Assembly (NCBI GenBank): GCA_044377005.1
Contig: JBILJV010000004.1
Coordinates: 7,698-71,697 of the forward strand
Reading direction: 5' to 3'
Source of the DNA: Bacteroidia bacterium
Lineage (GTDB): Bacteria > Bacteroidota > Bacteroidia > NS11-12g > UBA955
DNA: 64,000 nt
Both the position numbers and the translations under genes were made by a program. Shown one piece after another: positions 1 through 9,780 of the stretch (positions are counted from its first letter, which is position 1; each line of letters opens with the position of its first letter). The notes beneath the pieces are model-generated. The model was given only the letters and a program-made list of their open reading frames with translations, was not told where the DNA came from and did no database searches.

Positions 1-74
1 CTAATGGATTTTCTGCTACAGCCAAAAAAGCAATAGAAGATAAAGGCGGTTCTGCTAACTTAATAACAAAGTAA
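1..74 (+). CDS. rplO: 50S ribosomal protein L15, C-terminal fragment (gene starts upstream of the window)
   Basis: Frame 3 reads NGFSATAKKAIEDKGGSANLITK followed by TAA at 72-74. It lies directly 5-prime of secY, as in the conserved spc operon order. Confidence 0.6.
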   Translation, partial: NGFSATAKKAIEDKGGSANLITK

Positions 75-81
75 TTTTAGA

Positions 82-1437
82 ATGAAGAAATTTATTCAAC
101 GTATTAAAGAAATTTGGAGTATTGATGATTTAAGAACTAAAATCAAAAATACTTTATTGTTTCTTTTGATTTACAGAGTAGGTACATTTATTATTTTACC
201 TGGTATAGATGGTAATGTTTTAATGGGTGCATTACAAAGTCAAACTGAAGGGATCTTAGGTTTAGTCAATGTTTTTGCTGGTGGTGCATTTGGTAGAGGA
301 GCAATTCTTGCCCTAGGTATTATGCCTTACATTTCAGCTTCAATTGTTATTCAATTATTAACAATCGCTGTTCCTTCTTTCCAACGTTTGCAAAAGGAAG
401 GTGAAGATGGAAGAAGAAAAATAAATCAATACACACGTTACCTAACAATTGCAATAACAGCAGTCCAAGCGGTAGCATACTTGAATAATATTACATCAAA
501 ATCAGACAATTGGGCTGCGTTGTTATTCAAAACACAACCAGAGCAAATGTCCGAATTGTTCTTCATGATAACAAATGTTACTCTATTAGTTGCAGGTACT
601 ATGTTTACAATGTGGTTAGGTGAAAAAATTACAGACAAAGGTCTTGGTAACGGAATCTCTCTAATTATCATGGTAGGTATCGTTGATAGATTACCAGAAG
701 CGCTTGGTTTTGAATTGGATCAAAAATTTGCAAAAGGAGGTTTGCCTTTATTCATTATAGAAATAGTATTATGGTTGGCTGTTATTATAGCAACTATATT
801 ATTGATACAAGGTACAAGAAAAGTAACTGTTAATTATGCTAAACGTATTGAAGGTAATAAATTGTCTGGTGGCGCCCGAAATTACATTCCTTTAAAAGTA
901 AATGCAGCTGGAGTAATGCCAATCATATTTGCTCAAGCATTAATGTTTTTACCACCTACTCTAGCGCAATCTATGGATAACCCTAGCACATTACTAACTT
1001 CATTAAGTGATATTAGTTCTTTTGCATACAATTTTATGTTTGCAATTTTGATTATCACATTTACATATTTTTACACAGCTATTACCGTAAATCCGAATCA
1101 AATGGCTGACGACATGAAAAAAAGTGGTGGATTTATTCCAGGTATAAAACCTGGTAAATCAACAAGTGATTATTTGGATGAGGTTATGTCAAGAATAACA
1201 CTACCAGGTGCTTTGTTTTTAGCATTTATTGCTATATTACCAGCTTTTGCAATGATATTTGGAGTTAGCCAAAGCTTTGCTCAATTTTATGGTGGAACAT
1301 CCTTGTTAATAATGGTTGGTGTTGTGTTGGATACATTACAACAAATAGAAAGTCATTTATTAATGAGAAAATATGATGGATTGATGAAGTCAGGAAGAAT
1401 AAGTGGAAGATCTGGATTGAACTCACAATCTATTTGA
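82..1437 (+). CDS. secY: preprotein translocase subunit SecY
   Basis: 451-aa polytopic membrane protein with SecY-typical segments (ILALGIMPYISASIVIQLL, GGTSLLIMVGVVLDT). Its position is after rplO. Confidence 0.97.
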   Translation: MKKFIQRIKEIWSIDDLRTKIKNTLLFLLIYRVGTFIILPGIDGNVLMGALQSQTEGILGLVNVFAGGAFGRGAILALGIMPYISASIVIQLLTIAVPSFQRLQKEGEDGRRKINQYTRYLTIAITAVQAVAYLNNITSKSDNWAALLFKTQPEQMSELFFMITNVTLLVAGTMFTMWLGEKITDKGLGNGISLIIMVGIVDRLPEALGFELDQKFAKGGLPLFIIEIVLWLAVIIATILLIQGTRKVTVNYAKRIEGNKLSGGARNYIPLKVNAAGVMPIIFAQALMFLPPTLAQSMDNPSTLLTSLSDISSFAYNFMFAILIITFTYFYTAITVNPNQMADDMKKSGGFIPGIKPGKSTSDYLDEVMSRITLPGALFLAFIAILPAFAMIFGVSQSFAQFYGGTSLLIMVGVVLDTLQQIESHLLMRKYDGLMKSGRISGRSGLNSQSI

Positions 1438-1455
1438 TAATTAAAAAATAATTGT

Positions 1456-1463
1456 TACCTTTG
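1456..1463 (+). promoter_or_regulatory. Bacteroidota-type -7 box TAccTTTG upstream of infA
   Basis: Exact match to the TAnnTTTG consensus, 19 nt before the infA ATG, in the 44-nt secY-infA gap. Confidence 0.4.
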
Positions 1464-1481
1464 CACCCCTAATAATATAAA

Positions 1482-1700
1482 ATGGCAAAACAAGACTCGA
1501 TAAAACAAGATGGTACTATATCAGAGGCATTGTCTAATGCTATGTTTAGGGTAAAGTTAGAAAATGGGCATGAAATTATTGCAACAATTTCTGGAAAAAT
1601 GAGAATGAAATACATTCGAGTTTTACCAGGAGATAAAGTTCAAGTTGAGATGAGTCCCTATGATTTAACAAGAGGAAGAATTTCGTATAGATACAAATAA
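1482..1700 (+). CDS. infA: translation initiation factor IF-1
   Basis: 72 aa with an S1-fold IF-1 sequence ([48 protein letters not shown]). Confidence 0.97.
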   Translation: MAKQDSIKQDGTISEALSNAMFRVKLENGHEIIATISGKMRMKYIRVLPGDKVQVEMSPYDLTRGRISYRYK

Positions 1701-1708
1701 ATAATATT

Positions 1709-1825
1709 ATGAAAGTAAGAACTTCAGTAAAAAAGCGCAGTGCAGACTGTAAATTAGTTAAAAGAAAAGGAAAACTTTTCGTTATAAACAAAAAGAACCC
1801 AAAGTTTAAACAAAGACAAGGATAA
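1709..1825 (+). CDS. rpmJ: 50S ribosomal protein L36
   Basis: 38-aa ORF below the ORF-track cutoff: [38 protein letters not shown]. It sits in the canonical slot between infA and rpsM. Confidence 0.9.
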   Translation: MKVRTSVKKRSADCKLVKRKGKLFVINKKNPKFKQRQG

Positions 1826-1828
1826 AAA

Positions 1829-2206
1829 ATGGCAAGAATAGCTGGTATAGATTTACCTAAAAACAAAAGAGGTGTAATTGGTTTAACTTACATCTATGGA
1901 ATTGGCTCTAGTAGAGCATCTCAAATTCTTTCAGACGCTAATATCGATTTAGATAAAAAAGTTGCTGATTGGAATGATGATGAATTAACTGCCATTCGTA
2001 ATATTATTTCATCATCTTTTAAAACAGAAGGTGAATTAAGATCTGAGGTGCAATTAAATATTAAACGTTTAATGGACATCGGTTGTTACAGAGGTACTCG
2101 TCACCGTAAAGGTTTACCTGTAAGAGGTCAAAGTACAAAAAACAACTCTAGAACAAGAAAAGGTAAACGTAAAACAGTTGCCAACAAGAAAAAAGTAACT
2201 AAATAG
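1829..2206 (+). CDS. rpsM: 30S ribosomal protein S13
   Basis: [14 protein letters not shown]... start and a C-terminal basic tail; 125 aa; conserved operon order. Confidence 0.97.
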   Translation: MARIAGIDLPKNKRGVIGLTYIYGIGSSRASQILSDANIDLDKKVADWNDDELTAIRNIISSSFKTEGELRSEVQLNIKRLMDIGCYRGTRHRKGLPVRGQSTKNNSRTRKGKRKTVANKKKVTK

Positions 2207-2211
2207 AATAA

Positions 2212-2592
2212 ATGAGTACAGCTAAAAATAAAAAGAAAGTTAAAGTTGACCCTATTGGTCAAGTGCACATAAAAGCATCTTTCAATAATATTATTGTTTC
2301 CGTTACTAATGTTAATGGAGATGTAATTTCTTGGTCATCTGCTGGTAAAATGGGTTTTAGAGGTTCTAAAAAGAATACTCCTTATGCAGCTCAGTTAGCA
2401 AGTCAAGATTGTGCAAAAGTTGCATTTGATGCAGGTTTAAGAAAGGTAGATGTTTTCGTTAAAGGTCCAGGTTCTGGTAGAGATTCAGCTATTCGTAATT
2501 TAGCAACTGTTGGTCTTGAAGTTATGTCAATTAATGACTGTACTCCACTTCCACACAATGGCTGCAGACCCCCAAAACGTAGAAGAATTTAA
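2212..2592 (+). CDS. rpsK: 30S ribosomal protein S11
   Basis: Contains [30 protein letters not shown] and a ...[13 protein letters not shown] terminus. Confidence 0.97.
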   Translation: MSTAKNKKKVKVDPIGQVHIKASFNNIIVSVTNVNGDVISWSSAGKMGFRGSKKNTPYAAQLASQDCAKVAFDAGLRKVDVFVKGPGSGRDSAIRNLATVGLEVMSINDCTPLPHNGCRPPKRRRI

Positions 2593-2619
2593 TAAAACAA
2601 TTAAGATAAATAAGAAATA

Positions 2620-3225
2620 ATGGCAAGATATACAGGTCCTAAATCCAAAATAGCTAGAAAATTCAAAGAACCAATCTTTGGTCCTGATAAGGCTTTAGAT
2701 AAAAAACCGTATGCACCTGGAATGCACGGTAATTCTCGCAAAAGAAAAAAATTATCTGAGTATGCAATTCAGTTAAGTGAAAAACAAAAAGCTAAATATA
2801 CTTATGGTGTATTAGAGCGTCAGTTTGCAAAAACATTTAAACTAGCTGCTACTAAAAGAGGTATTACTGGTGAAAATTTATTAAAGTACTTAGAAGCAAG
2901 ATTAGATAACACCGTTTTTAGATTAGGTATTGCTCCTACAAGAAGTGCTGCACGTCAATTAGTTTCACACAAACATATCTTAGTGAATGGTGAAGTAGTA
3001 AACATACCTTCTTATACTCTTCGTCCGGGTGATACAGTAGCAGTAAGAGAAAAATCTAAATCATTAGAAGCTGTTACAGATTCATTAAACGGAGGAAAAA
3101 AACGTTTCAGTTGGTTAGAATGGAATGATAAAGAAATGTCTGGTATTTTCCTGAATTTACCCGATAGAGCTGAAATTCCAGAAAATATAAAAGAACAATT
3201 AATCGTAGAGTTGTACTCTAAATAA
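2620..3225 (+). CDS. rpsD: 30S ribosomal protein S4
   Basis: [15 protein letters not shown]... start and an S4 RNA-binding domain ([31 protein letters not shown]). Confidence 0.97.
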   Translation: MARYTGPKSKIARKFKEPIFGPDKALDKKPYAPGMHGNSRKRKKLSEYAIQLSEKQKAKYTYGVLERQFAKTFKLAATKRGITGENLLKYLEARLDNTVFRLGIAPTRSAARQLVSHKHILVNGEVVNIPSYTLRPGDTVAVREKSKSLEAVTDSLNGGKKRFSWLEWNDKEMSGIFLNLPDRAEIPENIKEQLIVELYSK

Positions 3226-3244
3226 TCAATAAAAATAACAAAAC

Positions 3245-4237
3245 ATGCCAATATTAGCGTTTCAAAAACCTGAGAGAGTGATAATGCATAAAGATACAGA
3301 CTTTTATGGTCTGTTTGAATTTAGCCCACTTGAAAGAGGTTACGGTGTTACAATAGGAAATTCTCTAAGAAGAATTTTATTGTCATCATTAGAAGGATAT
3401 GCAATTACTTCCTTAAAAATACAAGGTGTTGATCATGAGTTTTCAACTATCAAAGGTGTTGTAGAAGATGTAACTGAAATTATACTTAATTTAAAACAAG
3501 TTAGATTTAAGAAGACTTCAGGTTCTGATGCACAAGAAAAAGTATTCTTGAGCATAAAAGGTAAAGAACAATTCTTAGCTGGTGATATTGGAAGATACAC
3601 TAATTCATTTGAAATTTTAAATCCAGAATTAGTTATCTGTAACATGGAGCCATTTGTTAATTTGGATATAGAAATTACAATAGACAAAGGCAGAGGTTAC
3701 GTACCCGCTGATGAGAATAAACCTAAAGATATGCCTATTGGTTTAATTGCTATTGATTCTATTTTTACTCCAGTTAAAAATGTTAAATTTTCTGTTGAAG
3801 ACTTTAGGGTTGAACAAAAAACAGATTACGAGAAATTAGTAATTGAATTACACACTGATGGATCAATTCACCCAGAAAGTGCTTTAAAAGAAGCCGCAAA
3901 CATTCTTATTCAACATTTTATATTGTTTAGTGATGAGAATATTTTGTTAGATACACAAGTTAAAAAACCAACTCAAGAAGTAGATGAGAATTTCTTACAC
4001 ATGAGAAAAGTTTTAAAAACTAACCTTGCTGACTTAGATTTGTCTGTTAGAGCATACAATTGCTTGAAAGCTGCAGAAATTAGAACATTAGGGGAATTAG
4101 TAAGTTATGATATTGATGATTTATTGAAATTTAGAAATTTTGGAAAAAAATCATTGTCAGAACTTGAAGAGTTTGTTAGAGATAAGGGTTTAAATTTTGG
4201 AATGGATGTTTCAAAATATAACTTATCTGAAGATTAA
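3245..4237 (+). CDS. rpoA: DNA-directed RNA polymerase subunit alpha
   Basis: 330 aa with an N-terminal dimerisation domain ([20 protein letters not shown]) and a C-terminal alpha-CTD ([23 protein letters not shown]). Confidence 0.97.
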   Translation: MPILAFQKPERVIMHKDTDFYGLFEFSPLERGYGVTIGNSLRRILLSSLEGYAITSLKIQGVDHEFSTIKGVVEDVTEIILNLKQVRFKKTSGSDAQEKVFLSIKGKEQFLAGDIGRYTNSFEILNPELVICNMEPFVNLDIEITIDKGRGYVPADENKPKDMPIGLIAIDSIFTPVKNVKFSVEDFRVEQKTDYEKLVIELHTDGSIHPESALKEAANILIQHFILFSDENILLDTQVKKPTQEVDENFLHMRKVLKTNLADLDLSVRAYNCLKAAEIRTLGELVSYDIDDLLKFRNFGKKSLSELEEFVRDKGLNFGMDVSKYNLSED

Positions 4238-4261
4238 TAATTATAAATTGTATAGTATAAG

Positions 4262-4759
4262 ATGAGACACGGAAATAAAGTAAATAAATTAGGAAGAACC
4301 GCCTCCCACAGAAGAGCTTTAATGGCTAACTTAACCATTTCGCTTATTAAAAATAAACGTATTACTACCACTTTAGCGAAAGCTAAAGCTCTTAGAGTGT
4401 ATGTTGAACCTTTGATTACAAAATCTAAAAATGATACAACACACTCTCGTAGAACTGTGTTTGCTTATTTAAGAGATAAAGATTCTATCAAAGAACTTTT
4501 TGGATCTATCGCTGAAAAAGTAGCAACAAGACCAGGAGGTTATACAAGAATCCTTAAATTAGGTAATCGTATGGGTGATAACGCTGAATTAGCTATGATT
4601 GAATTAGTTGATTTTAACGAATTTACTGATGGTATAGGTAAGAAAAAATCTACCAAACCTAAAACTAGAAGAGGTAAAAAAGTTTCATCTGATGCTGTTG
4701 TTGAAGCTAAAACTGAAACAACTGAAACTGAATCTAACACAGATTCAACTGAAGCTTAA
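4262..4759 (+). CDS. rplQ: 50S ribosomal protein L17 with a K/T/E-rich C-terminal extension
   Basis: [24 protein letters not shown]... L17 core plus a ~40-aa low-complexity tail. It is the last gene of the alpha operon. Confidence 0.95.
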   Translation: MRHGNKVNKLGRTASHRRALMANLTISLIKNKRITTTLAKAKALRVYVEPLITKSKNDTTHSRRTVFAYLRDKDSIKELFGSIAEKVATRPGGYTRILKLGNRMGDNAELAMIELVDFNEFTDGIGKKKSTKPKTRRGKKVSSDAVVEAKTETTETESNTDSTEA

Positions 4760-4770
4760 AATCTCTCATA

Positions 4771-4814
4771 AAGACATAAAAAAAGCCACTATAAAGTGGC
4801 TTTTTTTATGTCTT
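4771..4814. terminator. bidirectional intrinsic terminator between rplQ and convergent purQ
   Basis: Extended palindrome aagacataaaaaAAGCCACTataaAGTGGCTTtttttatgtctt. It is a GC-containing stem flanked by an A-run and a T-run. Confidence 0.7.
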
Positions 4815-4826
4815 TATGTTTTGTGT

Positions 4827-5507
4827 TTATTTAATGATACTATTAAAAATCGCTTGTCCATCTGTGTTAAATAGAAATTCAGAAAAACATCTTTCTGGAT
4901 GTGGCATCATTCCAAATACATTTTTCCCTTTATTGCAAATGCCAGCTATATTATTCAAAGAGCCATTAGGGTTACTTTCTTTAGTTATATTACCCTGTTC
5001 ATCACAATACCTGAAAATAATTTGTTTATTGGCCTCTAATTCATCTAAAGTTGATGCATCTGCATAGTAATTGCCTTCTCCATGTGCAATAGGAATGGTA
5101 TATACATTTTCTGAATCTAAATTATTTGTGATTTTTAAATCAGTATTAATGGGTTTTAAATAAACATTTTTGCAAAGGAATTTTTGATGGTTATTTCTTA
5201 AAAGTGCTCCAGGTAATAGTCCACTTTCACATAATATTTGAAAACCATTACATATCCCCATAACATATCCACCTTTGTCTGCATGCTCCTTTACGCTTTG
5301 CATAATAGGGCTTAGTTTTGCAATAGCGCCACTTCTTAAATAGTCACCATAACTGAACCCCCCAGGAAGAAAAATAAAGTCTACACCTTTTAAATCAGTG
5401 TCTTTATGCCATAACTCTTCTACAGGATGTTCTGATATTTTACTTAGAGTTTCAATTAAGTCTCTGTCACAATTGCTGCCGGGGAATATTACTACGCCAA
5501 ATTTCAT
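4827..5507 (-). CDS. purQ: phosphoribosylformylglycinamidine synthase, glutamine amidotransferase subunit PurQ
   Basis: 226 aa with MKFGVVIFPGSNCDRD start, GICNGFQIL nucleophile elbow and a HGEG / HPER region typical of PurQ class-I GATase. Confidence 0.9.
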   Translation of the reverse strand: MKFGVVIFPGSNCDRDLIETLSKISEHPVEELWHKDTDLKGVDFIFLPGGFSYGDYLRSGAIAKLSPIMQSVKEHADKGGYVMGICNGFQILCESGLLPGALLRNNHQKFLCKNVYLKPINTDLKITNNLDSENVYTIPIAHGEGNYYADASTLDELEANKQIIFRYCDEQGNITKESNPNGSLNNIAGICNKGKNVFGMMPHPERCFSEFLFNTDGQAIFNSIIK

Positions 5508-5512
5508 TTCTG

Positions 5513-5520
5513 CAAAAGTA
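5513..5520 (-). promoter_or_regulatory. -7 box TActTTTG only 5 nt upstream of the purQ ATG (near-leaderless)
   Basis: The minus strand reads TTACTTTTGcagaaATGAAA. Confidence 0.4.
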
Positions 5521-5602
5521 ATATTATGATTGATTATTCTGTTAAAATTTAATTAACAAAATTGTTTCAATCCATTAATTTGTTTAGTTTCGCAATGCCT
5601 TC

Positions 5603-6412
5603 ATGAAATCACTCTATTCATTGATATTTATTTTATTGATATCAACTGTTATTAATGCACAACAGTATCAGCTGTCTTTTCATATAGGACACGAATTTGG
5701 ATTTAGACCACAGTTGTCAAATGATGTAGATTTAAATAGTAGAGTAAAATACAGTTTAGGTAATGGCGTTACTAGTCAATTAATGTTCAATGTTATTCCT
5801 GATAGTGCCAATTGGCATTTTTCTTTAGGAATGAGTACTTTAAGAGGAAATACAATTTTAATTTCAGAAAATTTTATTAATACTTTTAAATATGAAGCAA
5901 TTTCGAAATCTATTGTATCTCATAGAATACCATTATTACTCAATTATCGTTTCAAAATAAAGCATAGTTCTATTCAAATCTTCTCAGGAATTGTTATCCC
6001 TTTCTATAATCGTATTAAAGAAGAATATTCAATGAAAGATAGTTCAGTTTTTATCAATAAAGAATTTAATGTAAGAAATTATTTAGCAATAGGTTACCAA
6101 GGTGGTGTTGAGTATAATAAAAAAATAAACAATAAGTTTTCTTTGTGCTTAAATGCTCATTTAAATATTTTAAATCAAAAAGTAAAATCTAAAGAATTAT
6201 CTTTTTATTCGGACAATGAATTTAATAATATTGATTTTATTTCAGACCGGTCTAACAGAGAATTTCTTTACAAAAAAGAAGTTACAGAGATTCAAAATAA
6301 TGAATCTTTTTTGCCACGTGGTTTTAATAAAAATTTACCTACCGATTTGCTGACTTACACTGAAACGCTCAGTAGTTTTGGTCTTAGTTTTGGATTGAAA
6401 TATCAGTTTTGA
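5603..6412 (+). CDS. hypothetical outer-membrane beta-barrel protein
   Basis: Signal peptide ending ...VINAQQ, alternating beta-strand-like pattern, and an aromatic C-terminus ...GLKYQF. No family recognised. Confidence 0.4.
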   Translation: MKSLYSLIFILLISTVINAQQYQLSFHIGHEFGFRPQLSNDVDLNSRVKYSLGNGVTSQLMFNVIPDSANWHFSLGMSTLRGNTILISENFINTFKYEAISKSIVSHRIPLLLNYRFKIKHSSIQIFSGIVIPFYNRIKEEYSMKDSSVFINKEFNVRNYLAIGYQGGVEYNKKINNKFSLCLNAHLNILNQKVKSKELSFYSDNEFNNIDFISDRSNREFLYKKEVTEIQNNESFLPRGFNKNLPTDLLTYTETLSSFGLSFGLKYQF

Positions 6413-6422
6413 TTTATTTGAG

Positions 6423-7079
6423 TTGAAAAAAGTGCTTAGTTATATATTGCCTAACTCTATTAAAAAAGGAACAACGCAACTTGGGCAAGACTATGATGTG
6501 GCCTTTGAATATGGCAAAAAAGTATTAAATAGTGCCAATGCTAATTATAGTTTCGGTAGTTTGCATGAGGTTATGCAAAAAGGGATTACAATGTTTCTTA
6601 AAAATAATTCTCCTCAAAAAGTTTTAGTTTTAGGATTAGGAGGTGGTAGTTGTATTGAAGTATTAAATCGAAAGTGTAAAGGAAAACTTTCCATAACTGC
6701 CGTTGAAATAGATGCTGATATCATTAATTTGGCTCAATCTTATTTTGATATTGGTCGGTATTCTAATGTTAAAATAATCAATGGAGATGCCCAAAACCTA
6801 TTCAACTATATTCCAGATGAAATTAATTCGTTTGATTTAATTGTTGATGATGTTTTTTGGGACAATCAAATGCCGGATTTTTGTTACCAAAATGACTATG
6901 TTCAGCAGGCTAAACTATTTTTAAACGAGAAGGGTTGTTATTTCAGAAATATTATGGAGCAAGATTCTTCAAAACTATTGACTTATGAAGCGTTATTAAA
7001 AGCTGAATTTGCTAGCATTACCAAATCAGATGTCTTGAAGCATTCAAACAAAATATACCTTTGTTATAAAAAACAATAA
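6423..7079 (+). CDS. spermidine-synthase-like SAM-dependent methyltransferase-fold protein
   Basis: VLVLGLGGGS glycine-rich motif I, AVEIDADII, and a NGDA..FDLIVDD layout. TTG start as given by the track. Confidence 0.6.
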   Translation: MKKVLSYILPNSIKKGTTQLGQDYDVAFEYGKKVLNSANANYSFGSLHEVMQKGITMFLKNNSPQKVLVLGLGGGSCIEVLNRKCKGKLSITAVEIDADIINLAQSYFDIGRYSNVKIINGDAQNLFNYIPDEINSFDLIVDDVFWDNQMPDFCYQNDYVQQAKLFLNEKGCYFRNIMEQDSSKLLTYEALLKAEFASITKSDVLKHSNKIYLCYKKQ

Positions 7080-7084
7080 ATTTG
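7077..7084 (+). promoter_or_regulatory. -7 box TAaaTTTG upstream of the MFS gene
   Basis: Exact TAnnTTTG match overlapping the upstream stop codon, 19 nt before the ATG at 7103. Confidence 0.35.
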
Positions 7085-7102
7085 CCTCAGTAAAAAACTT
7101 AA

Positions 7103-8491
7103 ATGAACAATAACGAACCAATAGTTTTTAAAAAAAACCAAACAAAAGTATTAAATGCTTGGTGTATGTATGATTGGGCTAACAGTGTTTTCCCTTTGAC
7201 CATTACATCTGCTATTTTCCCAATTTATTGGAACAGTCAAACAAAAAATGGAGTTGATGTTTTTGGACACACAATCGAAGGTTCAGTTCTGTTTAGTTAT
7301 AGCTTGTCATTAGCTTTTTTAATTATAGCCTTTATAAACCCAATTTTAAGTGGAATGGCAGACCATTCGGGTAACAAAAAGTTTTTCATGAAACTGTTTG
7401 TTTTGCTTGGTGCTGTATGTTGCTTTGGTATGTATTTTTTTGACTCTCAATCTATATGGATTGGGGTTTTAGCTTTTGTTTTAGGTACAGTTGGTTATGC
7501 AGGTAGTATTGTTTTTTATAATGCTTTTTTGCCTGAAATTGCCACCGAGGATAGATTTGATCTATTAAGTGCTAAAGGTTTTTCGATGGGTTATATTGGA
7601 GGTGTTATATTGCTAATTTTAAATTTATTGATAATTTTGTTCCCCTCAATACTTTACAATGTTGATGGAAAAGTAATGGAGCTAATGTCATTAAATCCTC
7701 AACTTGAAAATAATCAAGCAATTGTTTTAGCAAAGTCATATTTTGAGAAAAAAGCTAGTCAGTTGTCGTTTGTAACTGTAGGTGTTTGGTGGATCTTGTT
7801 TTCTCTAATCCCTTTTTATTATCTACCAAGTTCTAAAACAAATGAGAAAAAGCTATCGTTTAAAAAAGGGTATAACGAATTACGAAAAGTGTATTCTGAG
7901 ATTAAACAATTTAAATTAATGAAGCATTATTTATTGGCTTTTTTCTTTTATAGTATGGGAGTTCAAACTGTAATGTACGTGGCATCTATGTTTGGCGTTA
8001 AGGAATTAAAATTGCCGAAAGAGAATTTAATAATAACGATTTTATTGATACAATTAATTGCAATAGGAGGGGCCTATTTATTTTCTTATTTGTCGCAAAA
8101 AATAGGGAATATAAAATCATTAATTATAAGTGTATTAATTTGGATAGGAATATGCATTGGCGCCTATTATGTGAATGGGGTCAATGGTTTTTATTTATTG
8201 GCATCTGTTGTTGGTTTAGTAATGGGAGGTATTCAAAGCTTGTCAAGAAGTACATTTGCAAAACTTATTCCAAACGATACTAAGGACAATGCATCATATT
8301 TTAGTTTTTATGAGCTTACCGAAAAGGTAGCAATCGTTATTGGGACTTTTAGTTTTGGATTTATTGAGCAAATTATTCAAATTGTATTCAAAGTGGATAG
8401 TATGAGATATTCTGTATTGTCATTAATGTTGTTTTTTGCTATTGGTTTGTTTTTACTGATTCTTATCAGGGATGAAAATGTTGAAGTTTAA
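7103..8491 (+). CDS. MFS transporter, UMF1/Atg22-like family
   Basis: 462 aa with about 12 predicted TM helices. The N-terminal LNAWCMYDWANSVFPLTITSAIFPIYW signature is typical of UMF1. Confidence 0.7.
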   Translation: MNNNEPIVFKKNQTKVLNAWCMYDWANSVFPLTITSAIFPIYWNSQTKNGVDVFGHTIEGSVLFSYSLSLAFLIIAFINPILSGMADHSGNKKFFMKLFVLLGAVCCFGMYFFDSQSIWIGVLAFVLGTVGYAGSIVFYNAFLPEIATEDRFDLLSAKGFSMGYIGGVILLILNLLIILFPSILYNVDGKVMELMSLNPQLENNQAIVLAKSYFEKKASQLSFVTVGVWWILFSLIPFYYLPSSKTNEKKLSFKKGYNELRKVYSEIKQFKLMKHYLLAFFFYSMGVQTVMYVASMFGVKELKLPKENLIITILLIQLIAIGGAYLFSYLSQKIGNIKSLIISVLIWIGICIGAYYVNGVNGFYLLASVVGLVMGGIQSLSRSTFAKLIPNDTKDNASYFSFYELTEKVAIVIGTFSFGFIEQIIQIVFKVDSMRYSVLSLMLFFAIGLFLLILIRDENVEV

Positions 8492-8520
8492 TTAGATTGT
8501 ATTATTTTTGTAAATAGTTG

Positions 8521-8895
8521 ATGAGGGCATTTATTTCAATATTGTTGGTTGTTACATTGTCTTTTGGTTTTATCTTAAAATCAGTGATTATAGTTAATTA
8601 TCAAATTAACAAGACAAATATTATAGCAGCTTTTTGTATAAATAAAGATAAGCCTGAATTGGAATGTAATGGAAAATGTTATTTAAATAAACAGCTTTCA
8701 CAGACGGAATCATCAAATGAGAGTTCAAGTTTGCCAGAAAGTATTCTTCAATATGAGATTTCAACTTTTCTTGTTCCTGCCAATTTTATATGTAAAAAAT
8801 ATTTCTATTTTTTTTCAGAGACAGGTAATCAAGAAGAACATAAAGATTTATTAAGTGGATATTTATCTTCGGTTTTTAAGCCGCCATTAGCCTAG
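8521..8895 (+). CDS. small membrane-anchored Cys-motif protein (unknown function)
   Basis: One N-terminal TM helix followed by FCINKDKPELECNGKCYLNKQL. The ATG at 8521 is preferred over the TTG at 8518. Confidence 0.4.
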   Translation: MRAFISILLVVTLSFGFILKSVIIVNYQINKTNIIAAFCINKDKPELECNGKCYLNKQLSQTESSNESSSLPESILQYEISTFLVPANFICKKYFYFFSETGNQEEHKDLLSGYLSSVFKPPLA

Positions 8896-8990
8896 TTTGT
8901 TTTTTTTAAACTTTAACTCACAACATGATTCAATCGGTTGTGTTGAAACACTATAAACAAACTTATCTTAAATAAATAAACCTATTAATA

Positions 8991-9770
8991 ATGAAAAATA
9001 ATTTTCTAAATAAGCTAATTGTAGCTTTTACAATACTTACATCCTTCTTTTTTGCGTCATGTAAAAAAGACGAAGCTCCTAATGATGATAATTCAAACTT
9101 AACTGGACAGGTTAATATTGAGTTTGAACACAAATGGGGAATGAATTTAGTGCCTTTTTACATGGGCGTTGATATGATTCAGCCTAAAACCAAGGATACA
9201 CTTAAATTTACAACACTTAAATACTATGTTTCAAATATTCAATTAAAAAAGTCTGATGGCACATGGTGGGTTCAGCCAGATAGTTATTATTTGGTTGATG
9301 CAAGTTTGCCAAATACCATGGTCTTAACTGTTTCGAATGTGCCAACAGGAACATATACTGAAATGAAATACACGATGGGAGTAGACAGCATTCGAAATGT
9401 TTCTGGATCTCAAACAGGGGTTTTGTCTGCAATAAACGGAATGTTTTGGAGTTGGAACAGTGGTTATATTATGATTAAAGCAGAAGGGGTGTCGCCCAAT
9501 TCACCATCTGAGGATTTTGTATTACACCTTGGAGGCTTTAAAGGTGAATTTAATGTAGTAACGGTTAAAAACACTAATTTTGGGGGAGAGCTCCTTAATG
9601 TAAGTGCTAGTGCAACTCCACAAATTCATTTTATAGCTAATCCAGCTCGTTTTTGGCATACCAATCCAAGTGTTAGTAGTTTAAATAAAATACATATGCC
9701 TGGGGTTGAGGCTAAAAAGGCTGCAATTGATTTTTATGATGGCATTTTCTTTGATCACATTCACCCATAA
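8991..9770 (+). CDS. MbnP-like lipoprotein (putative copper-binding partner of the adjacent di-haem peroxidase)
   Basis: Lipobox FFASC. The segments LKYYVSNIQLKKSDGTWW, MGVDSIRNVSGSQTGVL and GMFWSWNSGYIMIKAEG resemble Bacteroidota MbnP-family proteins as I recall them. It lies directly upstream of a CCP/MbnH-like gene. Confidence 0.55.
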   Translation: MKNNFLNKLIVAFTILTSFFFASCKKDEAPNDDNSNLTGQVNIEFEHKWGMNLVPFYMGVDMIQPKTKDTLKFTTLKYYVSNIQLKKSDGTWWVQPDSYYLVDASLPNTMVLTVSNVPTGTYTEMKYTMGVDSIRNVSGSQTGVLSAINGMFWSWNSGYIMIKAEGVSPNSPSEDFVLHLGGFKGEFNVVTVKNTNFGGELLNVSASATPQIHFIANPARFWHTNPSVSSLNKIHMPGVEAKKAAIDFYDGIFFDHIHP

Positions 9771-9780
9771 TTAGATAAAA

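Noticed and set aside
438-671. Many 60-150-aa ORFs in the track lie antisense to, or out of frame within, well-supported genes. Examples are 438-671, 1576-1866, 3012-3251, 3433-3687, 4540-4740, 9217-9432, 10923-11120, 14085-14297, 17237-17491, 22127-22330, 23289-23656, 35384-36077, 39579-40005, 56547-56729 and 63126-63664.
   Set aside because: Each is fully nested in a longer ORF that has clear family motifs. Their translations are low-complexity (Ile/Leu/Phe/Ser/Asn-rich), as expected for shadow frames in AT-rich DNA. None has a promoter box or an independent signal.
1438-1481. Absence of adk and map between secY and infA as a possible deletion or rearrangement.
   Set aside because: The gene content of this junction varies among phyla. 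The 44-nt gap with a promoter box looks intact, so it does not count as an anomaly without comparative data.
4639-4756. Low-complexity K/T/E-rich coding stretch at the end of rplQ that might have been a separate small gene or a tandem DNA repeat.
   Set aside because: It is in frame and continuous with the L17 core, with no stop or restart. I recall C-terminal extensions of L17 being common in Bacteroidota, though I have not checked this.
4692-5067. Two overlapping plus-strand ORFs (4692-4874 and 4816-5067) spanning the rplQ tail, the terminator and the purQ 3-prime end.
   Set aside because: They run through a bidirectional terminator palindrome and antisense to purQ. The first simply re-reads the repetitive K/T/E tail of rplQ in another frame.
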